Shown here piece after piece: positions 52,901-64,000 of a DNA stretch of 64,000 bases. The notes under the pieces were generated by a model that did no database searches, was not told the origin of the DNA, and saw only the letters and a list, made by a program, of their open reading frames with translations. Origin of the DNA: Phoronis australis (taxonomy: Eukaryota; Animalia; Phoronida). How positions within the stretch are numbered: the stretch's first letter is position 1; each line of letters opens with the position of its first letter. The stretch is taken from assembly GCA_002633005.1 (NCBI GenBank), contig NMRA01000586.1:92068-156067 (forward strand), read 5' to 3'. The translations under genes and the position numbers were made by a program.

Positions 52901-55900
52901 CATGCACTTGTGACTAATCCCCAGTTGTACAATATTTGGCCGTGGCGGACCCTGTTGGCGATATTATAAACTACCTCAAACTTATTCTGTCTGTCCAAGC
53001 TGTTGACTTTTGTCAGCCCCACTTAAAACACTCGATATAGCCCTGCTGTACGTGAACTTGGAATCCTGCTTAATCTCAAGATTTAGCGGAAGTAAGTGTT
53101 GCGTAAACTTAGAATACGCTAGGCAACTTGACAACTTCACTCAAATAATCACGTTAATGGTCTTAAAAATTTGCACTGCACTTAATCAAATTACATTTGG
53201 ATAAAATAATGTCAATTTTTACCAACTATTTAAACTACGGGCGATCAGTTTCACCGAACAATAATCGATTTAGCCATTCACAATTCCTCCGGTTCAGCTA
53301 CACAATTTACGCTAAAAGAGAAAATGGTTGATCGCGAGGCCAATAATTTCAAAAATTCTTTTCACCGAACAAAAATTTCACCTTTGTGTCTTAAATAATA
53401 TTCAATTCCAAGTTCACGCATACGCGATCTTGAGATTAAGCAGGATTCCAAGTTCACGCACAACAGCCCTACGTGGTGCTGCCTAGGTCATTTGTCTCAT
53501 CATCAGCGAACAAATATAATGGCCAATTAATTGCGGTATCGAGAGAGAGATTGTGGGAACTCTGTGTTTTTCGGTTAACATTCAAACTCAATAAATGAAA
53601 ATTTATACCATTGTGTGTGGGCCGTCTTTGTAAGCAAGCCGCCACCTTTGTTTCTAATGGCTCTACACGCTGCCGACAAATTAAGTTAAACAATCGCACA
53701 CGGATTCTGTGCCCGTTCTGAACATAGCGGTCACGCACGGGGGCTGGACAGTAAATTGTCGACATGGGCGTGAACCGTGGATTGATACCGGCTGTGCAAA
53801 CAAAATGACACGATGAATCAGAAGCTAGGCTCAGCTGTGTTCTTGGGAGACTTTATGTGATAATTGTGTTGGGTAAAACAGTAATTTTCACAGCTGGTCT
53901 GAATTAACTTGGGGGTTTTCCACAATGGATATCATTGATTGTTGGGTGACGTCATATGCATTGTACAGACGCTCACCCAGCGCTACGGATTGTGGGAAGT
54001 CGATCAGCTTGCGGCAGTAGAAACCTCTGGGCCTACAGTACGTTAAACCCAATTTTCCTCGAGAAAAGCTAATGTGATAACGTCCTTCGCTTGTAATGGC
54101 GATATCTCGCGAAAATTTGTGTGCACTCGAATTTTCGCGAGTCTCTCGCGCCTCCGTAACGCTGGACTGCTTCATCCGCACTTCCCATCATTGTGGTACC
54201 GATTTCCAGCCAACAGAAGACGGTGATAATAAAAAATGTCTACTGCGTCGTGTTCATGTGTTAGTTTTTGCTGTGTCTGGCCAGCGTTACATGTATATGT
54301 TCCGTTTGTCGGATACACTCACGCTGTCAATAACAAATACTTTGAGCAGTGGCGCCAGGGGCCCCAGTGCAGAGCTCTCTGGTTGCAACTCAATGTATTT
54401 CCCTTCGTCACTTGATTTCATTGAATTCAAAGTAGACATTGAGTTACGCCTTCCTGATGAGCATCTGATTATGAGTTTCGAAACTTGACTCTTTATCATA
54501 ATTGGTATCACAGAAGGTATAGTGTCTCAGGAAGAAACTTACTGCAGATGTCAACAGATCCCAATGGGCTCCGTAACTGTCAATCATTTTTGAACGTGAG
54601 CAGGTTTTTAAACATTTTTACACTCCCAATAGGGAGATGTCTACTAATTTCAAGTTTTAAAACAGTAGTGTTAAAAACCCTGACGTCACTGTACTGGGGA
54701 AGTGCCGGCAATGCCTTCATCTTCCGTCCAATAACGTAGCCAAATACTATATATTATGGAAAATTACATTCAGCTGAATCTGAATTGGTTCGAAGATCTC
54801 TAGTAAACATCATTTTACAAGTGCCAAGTCGTCTCTGTCAGAGATGCATTGTCACGAATTTACTTTTATGCCTTTAAAAATAATTAAGCTGAATAATGTC
54901 GTTTTAGCTCATTGTGGAGGAATGGATCGAAGGGTTGACCGGCGGCGCCACATTGGCTAGCCTCTCACAACGGACTTTTCGGAATCTTCCTCTTTGCAGG
55001 TTAAATTGTGTTTGTTTCATCCTTTGCAGTGTTCAGTAACTTGCGGGAGTGGCACCATGTCACGTGACGTCGTCTGTGGTTTGGTATCCAATGGCGCATT
55101 TGTTCGCCGATCAGACACTTACTGTGCACACCTTCGAAAACCCACCACTAGGAGGGGCTGTAGACAGCAGTCCTGCAGAAAAAGATGGGTGACGGGGCGT
55201 TGGGGAAAGGTAGTGTTTTTAATGCGTCTCATAAAAAGATGCCCGCTGTGTATTTCGCCTATAATGAATCGGTATTTGTAAACTATATTCCAGTAAATAC
55301 GGATAAACACAAATATCAAAGAACAGATATTAAATCCTACATCTGCTTCCTTTTGAAACATTTTTAAAAAGTTACGGTATCACTTAACTAAAATTTGATC
55401 CAACACCTTTGTACGAATTGGATTACGTTACAATGTAGAATGCAGAGCAAAAAATTCCGTTAACACCTGATGTCACTACAGTTTTGAAACACTATAGAAA
55501 TATCGAATTTACTATTATCAAAATCAACGAAAAATGGAACTAAGTACAATTATAACGCTGGTAAATGTATGTATATTTGTATTGCAATAATTAGTTTGTT
55601 ACGATAAATATTTGAAAAAATGTATTGCATTATTAAGAAACAACTTTTATTAATTTGGAATCAACGAACTTGGAACTACAAACTGGATGTTTTAGTGCTC
55701 TGCCACGTGTGGCTACCTGGGAGTGCGTTCTCGAGAGGTTACATGTTACCACGGCGACGTCAGAGGGAGCGACTGTGACGAACGACAGCGGCCACATTCA
55801 CGCGACAGATGTGTGCTTCCAGATTGCCCACAAACAAGTAATTGTTTTTGAAAAATTGTCTCTCTAAAGCTTGATTGTTTTTTAATAAAAATTCCGTTGC

Positions 55901-57579
55901 TTTTTATTTAACCTATTAGGCCTGCTTGCTGGTGTCGTTTATTATTTGGACGGCTCCGTGGTAGGCCTGTGTGCTGGTTCAGTTTCATACTGTTTGCGTG
56001 TCTAGGTCTAAGCACATAATTTTGTATCAAAAATATCTTCTCGGGAACATATGGGCCTAAACATGCGCATAAACGAAGTCGTGGTATAGAACACAATTTA
56101 AGACTGCTTGAGTTCACATTTCGTTTGAGAATTAATCAGTTGGACGGTGGAGTGTAGTCACGTGGTGTAAACAAACGCCTGCCAAAATAATAGGCATTCA
56201 TTTTTGGATATTTTCTGTATTAATAAGACGCGTATGTGGTAAGTTTAAAGACACATGGTTAATCTGATCGATTAACTGATGGGGTAGAGTTAAATTAATT
56301 TCGAACACCGACAAAACCCAAGAAATATCGGGAAAACTGGCTGTGGTGGATTAGAGCGTGGCGGCGACTACACGACCGGTGTTGTAAGTGAACAATGTCG
56401 ATGGAAAATACTTGTTGTATGCTTGCGCAAAAGTAAGCCGATTCTTATAAAACGTGTATTTCGTTTATAAATTTCCACAAAAGTGCAGGTATGTGTTTAA
56501 ATTGTGATAGCCTGCCTTGGAAAACAGACAATGAATGCTCTTTGCCTGGTGATGTCACTGATGGCAATATCCGCTTATATCCGTATTACATTCCGGCTTA
56601 TGAAAGAATTTCACCTTTTACCCTTTTTTGGGAACCACAATTGAGAAGCCTCAAATGTGGTCCAGTTGATGAGAAATTAACATACATGTATGTGTCACCT
56701 ACTTCAACGAGTTCATTGGTCAGTAGTAAGATTCAGGTGGCCATTTTGAAATGACCGATTTTTACAAAATGTTCGCAACGTTTTCGCTGAGAGAGTTAAA
56801 CCAACCCATAAGAAGTTCTTTGACCTTAAATGAATCATTCTAGACTTTGTTGCAGTAAGCCTTTTTACAATAATGTATTTTTTAAGAGCGCGTGGTGCAG
56901 CGGATGTCTGAGAATTTTAACTCTAACCTTTTGCTGAAACATTATGTTCCTACTCTCTGGTTTCGAACCCCAAAGCTTTTCTCAAAACGCTTTTAACGCT
57001 AATGTAAGCGTTTAACAGACATGACGCCAGACTTGGTGGCCAGGGTTCGTCCTTTAATTCGCAAGAACTGCTTTATGTAGATCAAAATGGCCACCAAAAT
57101 CTCTCAGATCATCGTCAGTTTTGAGACACACGTGACTTTTCACAGTAATGGTCTTGGTTTGACTAGTTGCGTCTCGCTAGGAACTGGTTCCTAGTGTCAA
57201 GTGGTCGAGTGGGTGGAGCGATAGTCAATTTGGCGACTGGTTAATTGGTTTTCCAATGACGTTGTTAACACTGACATGACACGCGTGTGGTTGTTTCACA
57301 ACCTGTAAATTATGACGTCATCCCCATGACGTCACATGCCAGCTCCGCTTTGTTTTCACTTGATTCCTCATCTCTGTAAGGCTAATTAGCAGTGACTGCG
57401 CAAACCCACTTAGACTATTCTGCCGCGAGGTAAACGTTTGTTTTAATTTCCATTGCCTTCTTTTTCCAGACGAATGTAAGGACGACCCTGGGACCAACTG
57501 CTACTCCGTGTCGTCTGCTCAGCTCTGCAGCCATTGGTACTACAAAAAGGCCTGCTGCCAAACGTGCACGCGCAGATGA
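30658..57579 (+). CDS. ADAMTSL2: ADAMTS-like protein 2 orthologue, complete; 16 coding exons, 2838 nt, 945 aa; secreted, no metalloprotease domain
   Basis: 16 GT-AG exons join in one open frame: signal peptide, TSR1, Cys-rich (GCD...DECGVCKGNGSSC), spacer (IPKGA), linker, 6 TSRs, PLAC. Family-diagnostic strings CWQILSAGMDSSV, AYCVRSDGETVSDRYCD and CKDDPGTNC...LCSHWYYKKACCQTC resemble recalled vertebrate ADAMTSL2 (CWKMLSPGFDSSV; CQDQPGTNC...LCGHWYYSKACCRSC). Confidence 0.88.
33207..33745 (-). mobile_element. 5'-truncated, degenerate non-LTR retrotransposon (LINE) 3' end with a (GAA)n tail
   Basis: Minus-strand peptide QERRAQHKLSLMY...HNLVDIPHTYLPP...RTAYYANFF then, after a frameshift, LWNRL, typical of the ORF2 C-terminus of CR1/L2-group LINEs; followed by a 3' UTR and GAA repeats at 33207-33245. 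Confidence 0.8.
38577..38680 (+). CDS. ADAMTSL2: ADAMTSL2 exon 2 (TSR1 N-half)
   Basis: ttctag|CTG ... GAAT|gtaagt; LPLQHIWGPWGRPSPCSRTCGRGVSQTTRSCYRR. Confidence 0.93.
38848..38923 (+). CDS. ADAMTSL2: ADAMTSL2 exon 3 (TSR1 C-half)
   Basis: cttttag|G ... GAG|gtaagg; NSGLYEVSPRFCGAEFISYSICNHE. Confidence 0.88.
39254..39725 (-). mobile_element. MITE family C in ADAMTSL2 intron 3
   Basis: Same TIRs; internal sequence is the reverse complement of 27880-28200 (for example TTGACGTCATTAAAACAAAGGCAGA). Confidence 0.8.
40858..41225. repeat. (AAT)n microsatellite, pure at about 40866-40952, with a degenerate AT-rich extension
   Basis: Directly visible AAT run in ADAMTSL2 intron 3. Confidence 0.97.
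41453..41552 (+). CDS. ADAMTSL2: ADAMTSL2 exon 4 (Cys-rich domain)
   Basis: ttacag|CCA ... TCTG|gtatgt; PCEDGAHLRSQQCAQFNRRKYKGQYFSWRPYNS. Confidence 0.94.
41870..42027 (+). CDS. ADAMTSL2: ADAMTSL2 exon 5 (Cys-rich domain)
   Basis: tttcag|AC ... GTG|gttagt; DPCSLVCVAEQRPDLVVLLAPSVDDGTSCSPGNVEDKICVSGKCV. Confidence 0.94.
43855..44059 (+). CDS. ADAMTSL2: ADAMTSL2 exon 6 (end of Cys-rich, start of spacer)
   Basis: ttattag|GTT ... TTAG|gtagtt; VVGCDNRINSSARVDECGVCKGNGSSC...MIIPKGAHHIRITE. Confidence 0.95.
44837..44958 (+). mobile_element. MITE family B nested in an older repeat
   Basis: CATAGGCGGAT...ATCTGCCCCTG termini, perfect 5-bp TSD TTTTA; flanks match an uninterrupted repeat at about 18985-19140. 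Confidence 0.78.
45103..45260 (+). CDS. ADAMTSL2: ADAMTSL2 exon 7 (spacer)
   Basis: tttcag|TA ... GCG|gtaagt; LLHLNGTSHFSGG...GVSFTF...ETLAGNGVLSDDLILA; phases 1 to 0 fit the neighbours. Confidence 0.85.
45768..46446 (+). CDS. ADAMTSL2: ADAMTSL2 exon 8 (end of spacer and low-complexity linker, 679 nt)
   Basis: ttacag|GCC ... GAAG|gtacaa, inside ORF 45726-46457; IRYEY marks the spacer end. Confidence 0.85.
47034..47231 (+). CDS. ADAMTSL2: ADAMTSL2 exon 9 (basic linker and start of TSR2)
   Basis: ctacag|CAG CC ... GACG|gtaaga; ...RNHRKRSRHRRPSSDRPQRYSWATNKKAACSSSCED. Confidence 0.88.
48184..48310 (+). CDS. ADAMTSL2: ADAMTSL2 exon 10 (TSR2)
   Basis: ctaccag|GT ... CAAG|gtaagt; GVNAVFAYCVRSDGETVSDRYCDYRTKPDPSTVACKREPCPA. 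Confidence 0.94.
48643..49139. mobile_element. Fold-back MITE in ADAMTSL2 intron 10
   Basis: CACTCGCTGGTTCCCT...TTAGCCAGCACGCAGGTATCA versus TGATACCTGCGTGCTGGCTAA...AGGGAACCAGTGAGTG. Confidence 0.7.
49278..49476 (+). CDS. ADAMTSL2: ADAMTSL2 exon 11 (TSR3)
   Basis: ctccag|G ... GAG|gtgcgt; WVAGPWNPCDRSCKKTRSVHCWQILSAGMDSSV...CAPEWKTTKWSE. Confidence 0.95.
49979..50131 (+). CDS. ADAMTSL2: ADAMTSL2 exon 12 (TSR4)
   Basis: ctctag|TGT ... CGG|gtcagt; CSAKCGEGSQTREVTCSSDTESCSLSSKPTESQRCMVKECANRWSTSEWTR. Confidence 0.94.
51296..51469 (+). CDS. ADAMTSL2: ADAMTSL2 exon 13 (TSR5)
   Basis: ttgcag|TGT ... AAG|gtaagg; CSGPCGRGRKTRTVTC...CPVDWVPQSWTK. Confidence 0.95.
53043..53466. mobile_element. Fold-back MITE in ADAMTSL2 intron 13 (TIR of about 40 bp)
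   Basis: CGTGAACTTGGAATCCTGCTTAATCTCAAGAT is perfectly inverted at about 53428-53459, with a subterminal repeat of the GTGAACTTGGAAT motif. Confidence 0.78.
55030..55209 (+). CDS. ADAMTSL2: ADAMTSL2 exon 14 (TSR6)
   Basis: ttgcag|TGT ... AAG|gtagtg; CSVTCGSGTMSRDVVCGLVSNG...CRKRWVTGRWGK. Confidence 0.95.
55696..55837 (+). CDS. ADAMTSL2: ADAMTSL2 exon 15 (TSR7)
   Basis: ttttag|TGC ... ACAA|gtaatt; CSATCGYLGVRSREVTCYHG...CVLPDCPQT. Confidence 0.94.
57470..57579 (+). CDS. ADAMTSL2: ADAMTSL2 exon 16 (PLAC domain, stop)
   Basis: tttttccag|AC ... AGA TGA; ECKDDPGTNCYSVSSAQLCSHWYYKKACCQTCTRR*. Confidence 0.95.
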
Positions 57580-60500
57580 CGTCAACGAAATCCTAGATCG
57601 TCCAGTCTTATCAGGGATGTCTGAAAACGGTTCGGTGCGTGACCAACTGCCAGCTCTCCTAGATCATGTTTGGTGCAGTTTTTCTGCGCATTCTTCAAGA
57701 TTGCCACTAAGGAAAAGTAATCCAAGATGTGTGTATCTGAGAGGGATTTAAGGAGCACGTGAACTGTTTTCAGACCTCGCTGATTTGTGAATTTATTTAA
57801 TCATTTATTTTTTCTTACATCTTTACTATTTGTGAATGGTCGAAGAAATGCTCGCTAGATGGCAGATAGAGCAGAGCGTCTCTACGGCCGTCATCATTGG
57901 ATGCAGTACTTTTCCTGGAAATGACAACATCTCGTCACAATCCCAAGTTTTGTCGTGTTGATGGCTTGGTTTAAAACGGATGACAATTAGAAGCCAGCCG
58001 GTGGATAATTGACCTGACATGTTTGCTTAAGTTTTGGCTCACTTCCAATGAGATATTGTCACTTGCTTGAAAACTATGTGTATCCTGTATTTATTATCTG
58101 TTGGACTATTAGGCTTCACTAGGCAAACGGAATTTCGATCACAGAAGCAATATCTTTCAAAATAATTCAAGAAGTTTTGTCCAGGTAACACAACTGTGTC
58201 ACCTGTTTTTTCGCCCACCTGTAATCATACCTGGTTTTAAATCACCAGGCAACCGTGCTGTTGTTTTTACTGAGTAGCCCCTCTCTGTTTACCTGCGGCA
58301 TGATCAGTAGCTTTTCTTAAAGCCATATTGGTAGGACTAATAACTTTTCAAATAAGACGCATTGGGCGCTACCTTACGGACACAAATCTAACATAACTAT
58401 TTCAGGTCTTCCTATAATGGCGTTTCAATACCAATGACCATGCGTGGTGTTGTTTTAAAGCAACTGACAACCTGCGTCACCAATTTTCTTTAATATCTTT
58501 TTGAACGAAGCAGCAGTATATTTCAAAATCCTTGGTAATTCCCGAATCTTGTTAATATCCTACAGATCAATTGTGTGTAATCACGTCATTGACCCTGTTT
58601 TTGTTAAAAAAATCGAGATTTTTACCTGAGGTCAATGAATCAGTAATAATCACATGAACGTTCACGAAAATAGTTCCCTGCTGTTCTAATCACGTGACTG
58701 TATCTTATAAAAATCGTGATTTTTCGTACAGATCGTACTTCCACAGACGTGAATTTTCCTTCAAATCCTGCAAAATTACGATTCTTTGCTCCATGATATA
58801 CAAATCGTGCCTGAAATTTTCTGTTAAAACCTCATAGCCCGAGAACTCGGTTATTATGCAAAAGAGCGCCCTATAAATTTAAACTAACTTCCGGTGAGCT
58901 CGCTAGTCTTTCCGGTTTTCCCTACTAACTAAACATGTTGTATCTTGCAAGACTTGAAATGGATATTTTACTTCATTTTCAAACGCGACGTAATTTAATG
59001 TTTAACCGACAACTGCCAACTCTAAATACTCAAATAGCAGAAGCGGACACTTAATATTGGAAACTGGTCGAATAGTCGCGGTAGGTTTACAACTAGGTAA
59101 TACAGTGACAAAATCGGCAGGCACACCATCGTGTATCTAATACAATTCAAAGAAGGCTGAAAAATCGTTGAAGCTTGCTTGCAGTTAAAGGCTCAATCAA
59201 TTGCTTAACTTTAACTTGCTGCCAAAGCTTTATGGCTTCAAAAATAAAAATCACAATTAAATTATTGAAACTACCATTAATGATAAAAAATATTTTCGAG
59301 TGTGATATGAGACTTGGGAACGAGAAGGCCGAATTAAACTACACAGTGGTCCTTGAATCAAAGACAGCTAATAAGCTGCCATTCATTGGCTGCCCCGAGT
59401 GACGTAGTAGCGTGAAGACCAATACCACGTGCATTGACTTTCCACGTGGCTGTGTGGTTGTGCATATGTTGCTCAATATTTTGGCATTTTTTAAGGAATT
59501 GAGAACAGCGGTTGGGCGCGGTGTTCATAGCGGCTGTGACGACACGGGTTTCAATCACGCCGTGGCACTTATTTTTTTCAAGGCAGTTGGCACTCGCGGA
59601 TTTTGCCGGCCCACTGGGCATATTTCGAATGTCTTCGATAAATTGTGACTATTTTCGCTATTTTGAGTGACAATTTAAAAATATAATGCATTTTATTCTT
59701 AAAGGGACAATTGTCTTTTTTAAAGCCGAAAACGCTTTCCTGAGACTACTGTTGGATGCGGACAGCCTTTTTGCAGTTATTAAATTTGACCAGAGATATA
59801 AAACAACAAAATCCGGCCGGGAATGTCCTTAACGATCAAAGTTTATGATTGCGAAATGCATCGATTGCTTGGGGCTCGTCCGATTGTTCCTTGACCTATA
59901 AAGTAGATCGCGTTATGACGAAATCGTCTTACCCCCGTTGCTACGTCGCTTGAAGGTCCGAGACATTGATAATTTCTAATCCTAAAGAAGCATGCTTTAC
60001 TCCAAATGAGTAACTAACAGTTTCCCAACATCTGCAAAGTATAACATTGGTGGTTGATAACACTTTAACGTGCCCGATTCGTCACTGTAGCCTAAAGGTT
60101 TGGAAACATCGGTAAAATAACATTTTACGACAGAAGCTCATTTTCTGTCGACTTCATTAAAGTACGATTAGGGTTGGCATGACCAAAATGTGAATAGGCG
60201 TTCTAATCTTTCTACGTACCATTTCCAGTGAGACAATTTCAAATGTATTTATGTTTCCTGTCAGGTGGGAAATTTAATAACGAGGTGTAATTTATTGTGA
60301 TTGTGTAAATTGTAGACTGCTTGATTAATATTTAATGTAACGAAGAAAAGTGCATCTTGACTATCTCTATACCAGCTCCAACCTGGTGTTACATTTAGTT
60401 ACCGTCGAGTGGCGCCACGTCTCGTTGATCTTTTCACTTCACGCAATGCACCAGTCCACTGTCAACAGTACTGTAGTATCACCGTCGTGAAACTATGCGC

Positions 60501-62627
60501 TTGTTTACCATGACGTCATTTGGACGTTTTGTTCCCAGGCAGATAAAATTAAAATGTCAAAATGAAAAACAATACTACTAGTTAGACCAGATTTACGTAG
60601 CGCTGTAAATTACTGAAAAATTTAAAAAATTATTACGTTGGCATGGACCTGGACAGAGTTCAGTAGTTAATTTTGTTTCGCGGCTACATTTAAATCCAAT
60701 CAAAATCAAGTGTTCTCATTTAAAATACACGGCAATATCTCGTGTAATCTCGCGAAGTCTTGGCTTTTCTGGCGAGGTCCTAACGTCATTTGTAATCATT
60801 CTCAACTCCACGGCAGCATACAATGGGTGTAACCGTTGTCGGCGCACACCGCCTGATCCAAGCAAAATTTGAAAAAAATAAGTGCTAAAGTGCTCTCGTA
60901 GTTAACTAAATAGCAAAAAAATCCAAGACCAGCAAAATTTTTGAAAGTGTGATGCGACTAAACCTCTTTGTGGGTTCAAATACCCTGATCTTACTGGCAG
61001 ATATGTCACAACTAACCATTGCCAACGGTTTGGAGTTGCGTGTGCGCATTCCCATGCGGGTTTTGGGTACCCTAAATAAATCGATTTTAACATTACCCTC
61101 TATGGGGGCCATACATTAAACACATTTTCTCTTAAAATGGCGAGTAAATGATGACGAGCGCTTGATAGCAATCACACCACAGGTACCTGAATATTGCCCG
61201 TCACTATTTGGAAACGGAATCTTTCAGATTATTCATTAAATTACATGCAGTCGAATCCGGAGTGATCGGCGATTGCAATCTTTTATTTTAATTTTGTTAA
61301 GGCTTCGGTTGAAATAATTAAGTATCTGTTACTTAGTAGAAAGAACTGTCTAGCAATATCAATACTGACGCGTTGAGTCGACTAAATGAAAACATTCTTT
61401 CAAGTATATATCGGACAACTTGGGCATTTTACAATGCTTTCTACAATTGAGCACAAGAGATTCTCAGGTGTAGAAAAACTAGTTTGTGACAATCCCTAAC
61501 ATGTTAGGATTGATCTGAGAAATGAGCGTGAATTGGTTTATTTGCTCTACTTAATTATTTAAGTGGACTTTCATTTTTATATGCGCAAAGGTTTCTGGGG
61601 AAAATGTCGACATCAACTTCCCGAGCAGCATGCCTATGCCTGCAAGTCATGTTGTGCTGTGTTTGCATGTGACAATCATAGCGCAATCAGCTGCTCGCAG
61701 TTATACTATAATATATAATAATTGGAAGTACCGGTGCTTAACGTAATGTTCAGTGAAGACACAACCATTGAAGACAAATGAAGCCATCTGATTTACGCAA
61801 CATGTCCCAAATGCCATAGTCCACTCACCGCAAATCAAATTGGGGCTCCATGTATACTCTCGTAAGATGGGTCTCATATTTGTTACGAACACTGCGAGCG
61901 CCATTTTAAAATCCGCAATTTATGTACGAATTACACCCAAAATAAATCAGATTTAAGCAGCGTTTTCTCGAGTCGCTGGTGGTGTTCGTAACTGAGAAGA
62001 AATACTGGGACCAAAAGGCCTGGGTCGAATTCGCGGTGAGAAAAATCTAGCCAAAATCACGCGCTCTCAGAAAATAGGCCAATTCGGCAATATCTCCCTT
62101 TTCCTGCGAGACAACGGCGTTATTGAACTCGATTTTATTTTTTGCTAGCTAAACAGGTTGAAATACACCTTTAACCTTTAGATGTCGCGCAAGCATGATC
62201 TAAGGCACTTAAGCGAACTGCCGGTTCTCGAAACTGGGGTATGGATCAACTTACCAAAAATGATTTTATAACGGTGAGTGAGTGGTCCAGGACAAACGTC
62301 GTGTTCAGTTTAGCAGGTAGCTAGACAACTGGCCAGAATAGATATTTGTAGGCAAGTTAAGGGAAAGTCCTTGGTAATAATCTGTAAAGGACACAGCCCA
62401 AGTTTTAGGCATCAACCCCCCCCGTCCGGTAAATAGGGACCATATCGAAACTTCATAACATCTGGTTTTCAGCGGGCTGTCGCATTTTCAGGTTTCAAAG
62501 GTGGCAACAAAAATGCCCGGTAGTGTAATGCCAAGGTACTAGCTTTGACAATGACGACAGAGTGTATAACACAAACTATAAATATATTGCTTAAGACTAG
62601 TATAAACTTTCATGACAATATTAGTAA

Positions 62628-62870
62628 CAGGCGCGCACCCAGCCTTCAATATGGAGGGCTCGAGTTGTTGACGTCGTGGACCTTTTGCTAAGATAACTGC
62701 GGACGAACTAAAAAAAAAAGAAAAAGAAACGGGAGCACCACCGCGAAGTGCGCGTCAGCGCTTACTTAGTGGACTTTTTGTCCCATTTTCTCTGACATTT
62801 TATCTCTCAGGGGCGGACCTGTTTTGCCCACTTCAAGCCCCCCCCCGAGCCTCCCCTGGGTGCGCGCATG
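62628..62870 (+). mobile_element. MITE family A
   Basis: CAGGCGCGCACCCAG...CTGGGTGCGCGCATG TIRs and shared internals. Confidence 0.8.
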
Positions 62871-63825
62871 GTGTTAAAACAAAGTGGGAATCCAAACTAG
62901 AAATAATAACGAAGATCGACAGAATTGTCAAAACTTTCACACAAACTCCAAAGATCCATTTGCTGAGATTTATCAATACCGAATACATCCGCATGAATAA
63001 AAAGACCGTCCTTAGCTGCAACTAAATATTTAGGAAATACCGTGAAACGTTTGCACCTCCAGCTTCATCATATCTCAACACGTCCAACATTTTACCGCAT
63101 CAACAATAACTCTAAGCAATCACCACACCAGGTGGTTTAAAGTTCTATTAAAGACTGCATGAAACTATTTTTTTTTCAAAAACTTATCTCCAGATCATGA
63201 CAGCATTTAACCTGCAATTTCAAGATGAGCAGAATTTAATTAGAACTTCTTAAGATTTTTGAATTTTTAGCGGTGCACCAATAAAACCTCACTTCTTCAG
63301 ATACGATAGAAAAACGACAAAGCATACGGCACAGTAATTCATGTCACCTGAAACGTCACAAGAACGACAGGACCAACTTTAAATATATCCTGGGATTTTG
63401 AAATTCATGAGCACTTGAACCCCGTGCAGCGACATCTTTAGGCATGGCTTCGAAATGGTAGCCTTGATTTTTAATAAGGGTCCCATATAGTACATAAATA
63501 AATGAACCAAATGACTGCGTCTACGTCCGGAAGATTCGTCACGGCGGCCAACTTCACAATTGAAATTTGACTTGACCTATAACATGCACTGCATGGGGTT
63601 TTTAAATCACGATCAGATAGAACAATGATTAGATTTACGACTACGTAGTTTTTAAACAGCAAAAGTAAAACAGTTCATTTTTCAGAGAACTGTGTACACT
63701 GATTGTCAATTTGCTATTTCCTGAAACAAGTTTGGGGCAGGAAGTTACAGAGTTATACCACTCACTGATTGGTCAACTTAAACGACTAAAACGCTATGTG
63801 AAATCATGCCGCAAATAGTAGAGTN

Positions 63826-64000
63826 AAGAAAAAGAAACGGGAGCACCACCGCGAAGTGCGCGTTTGCGCTTACTTAGTGGACTTTTTGTCCCATTTTCTC
63901 TGACATTTTATCTCTCAGGGGCGGACCTGTTTTGCCCACTTCAAGCCCCCCCCGAGCCTCCCCTGGGTGCGCGCATGGTGTTAAAACAAAGTGGGAATCC
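63826..64000 (+). repeat. Duplicate of about 62718-62893 after a single N (haplotype overlap or assembly artefact)
   Basis: Starts right after N63825 and is near-identical, including the unique flank GTGTTAAAACAAAGTGGGAATCC beyond the MITE end. Confidence 0.85.

Noticed and set aside
57577-57624. Stop-codon readthrough of ADAMTSL2 (UGA-C context)
   Set aside because: It is not the UGA-CUAG motif, the extension would be short and featureless, and there is no conservation evidence.
63826-64000. A fourth independent insertion of MITE family A
   Set aside because: It shares the unique flank with the copy ending at 62870 and follows a single N; it is a duplicated locus.

Overview
Eukaryotic (animal, very likely invertebrate) draft-assembly DNA with spliced genes, two long N-gaps (4852-5605, 9628-10468) and single-N contig joins. 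Three intron-containing genes can be rebuilt by hand from GT-AG junctions. (1) The last three coding exons of argininosuccinate synthase ASS1 (+, 1181-2518). (2) Four exons of the mitochondrial TruB-family pseudouridine synthase TRUB2 (-, 3455-6212), convergent with ASS1; the other exons were not found and probably lie in gaps. (3) A complete 16-exon ADAMTS-like 2 orthologue (+, 30658-57579; 2838 nt, 945 aa): signal peptide, TSR1, Cys-rich, spacer, long linker, six TSRs, PLAC. The rest is intergenic or intronic DNA rich in non-autonomous transposons (Helentron-associated HINE-like elements, several MITE families with 5-bp TSDs, fold-back MITEs), a 5'-truncated LINE, a minisatellite and an (AAT)n microsatellite. 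I found no CRISPR, rRNA, tRNA or prokaryotic-type system, and I cannot claim a wholly new biological system. The strongest leads are: ASS1, TRUB2 and ADAMTSL2 clustered as on human 9q34; an ADAMTSL2 with a basic, glycan-poor linker; a TRUB2 lacking the catalytic Asp and with a splice-phase conflict; and repeats carrying CTCF-consensus motifs. All homology comparisons are from recalled sequences, not database searches.
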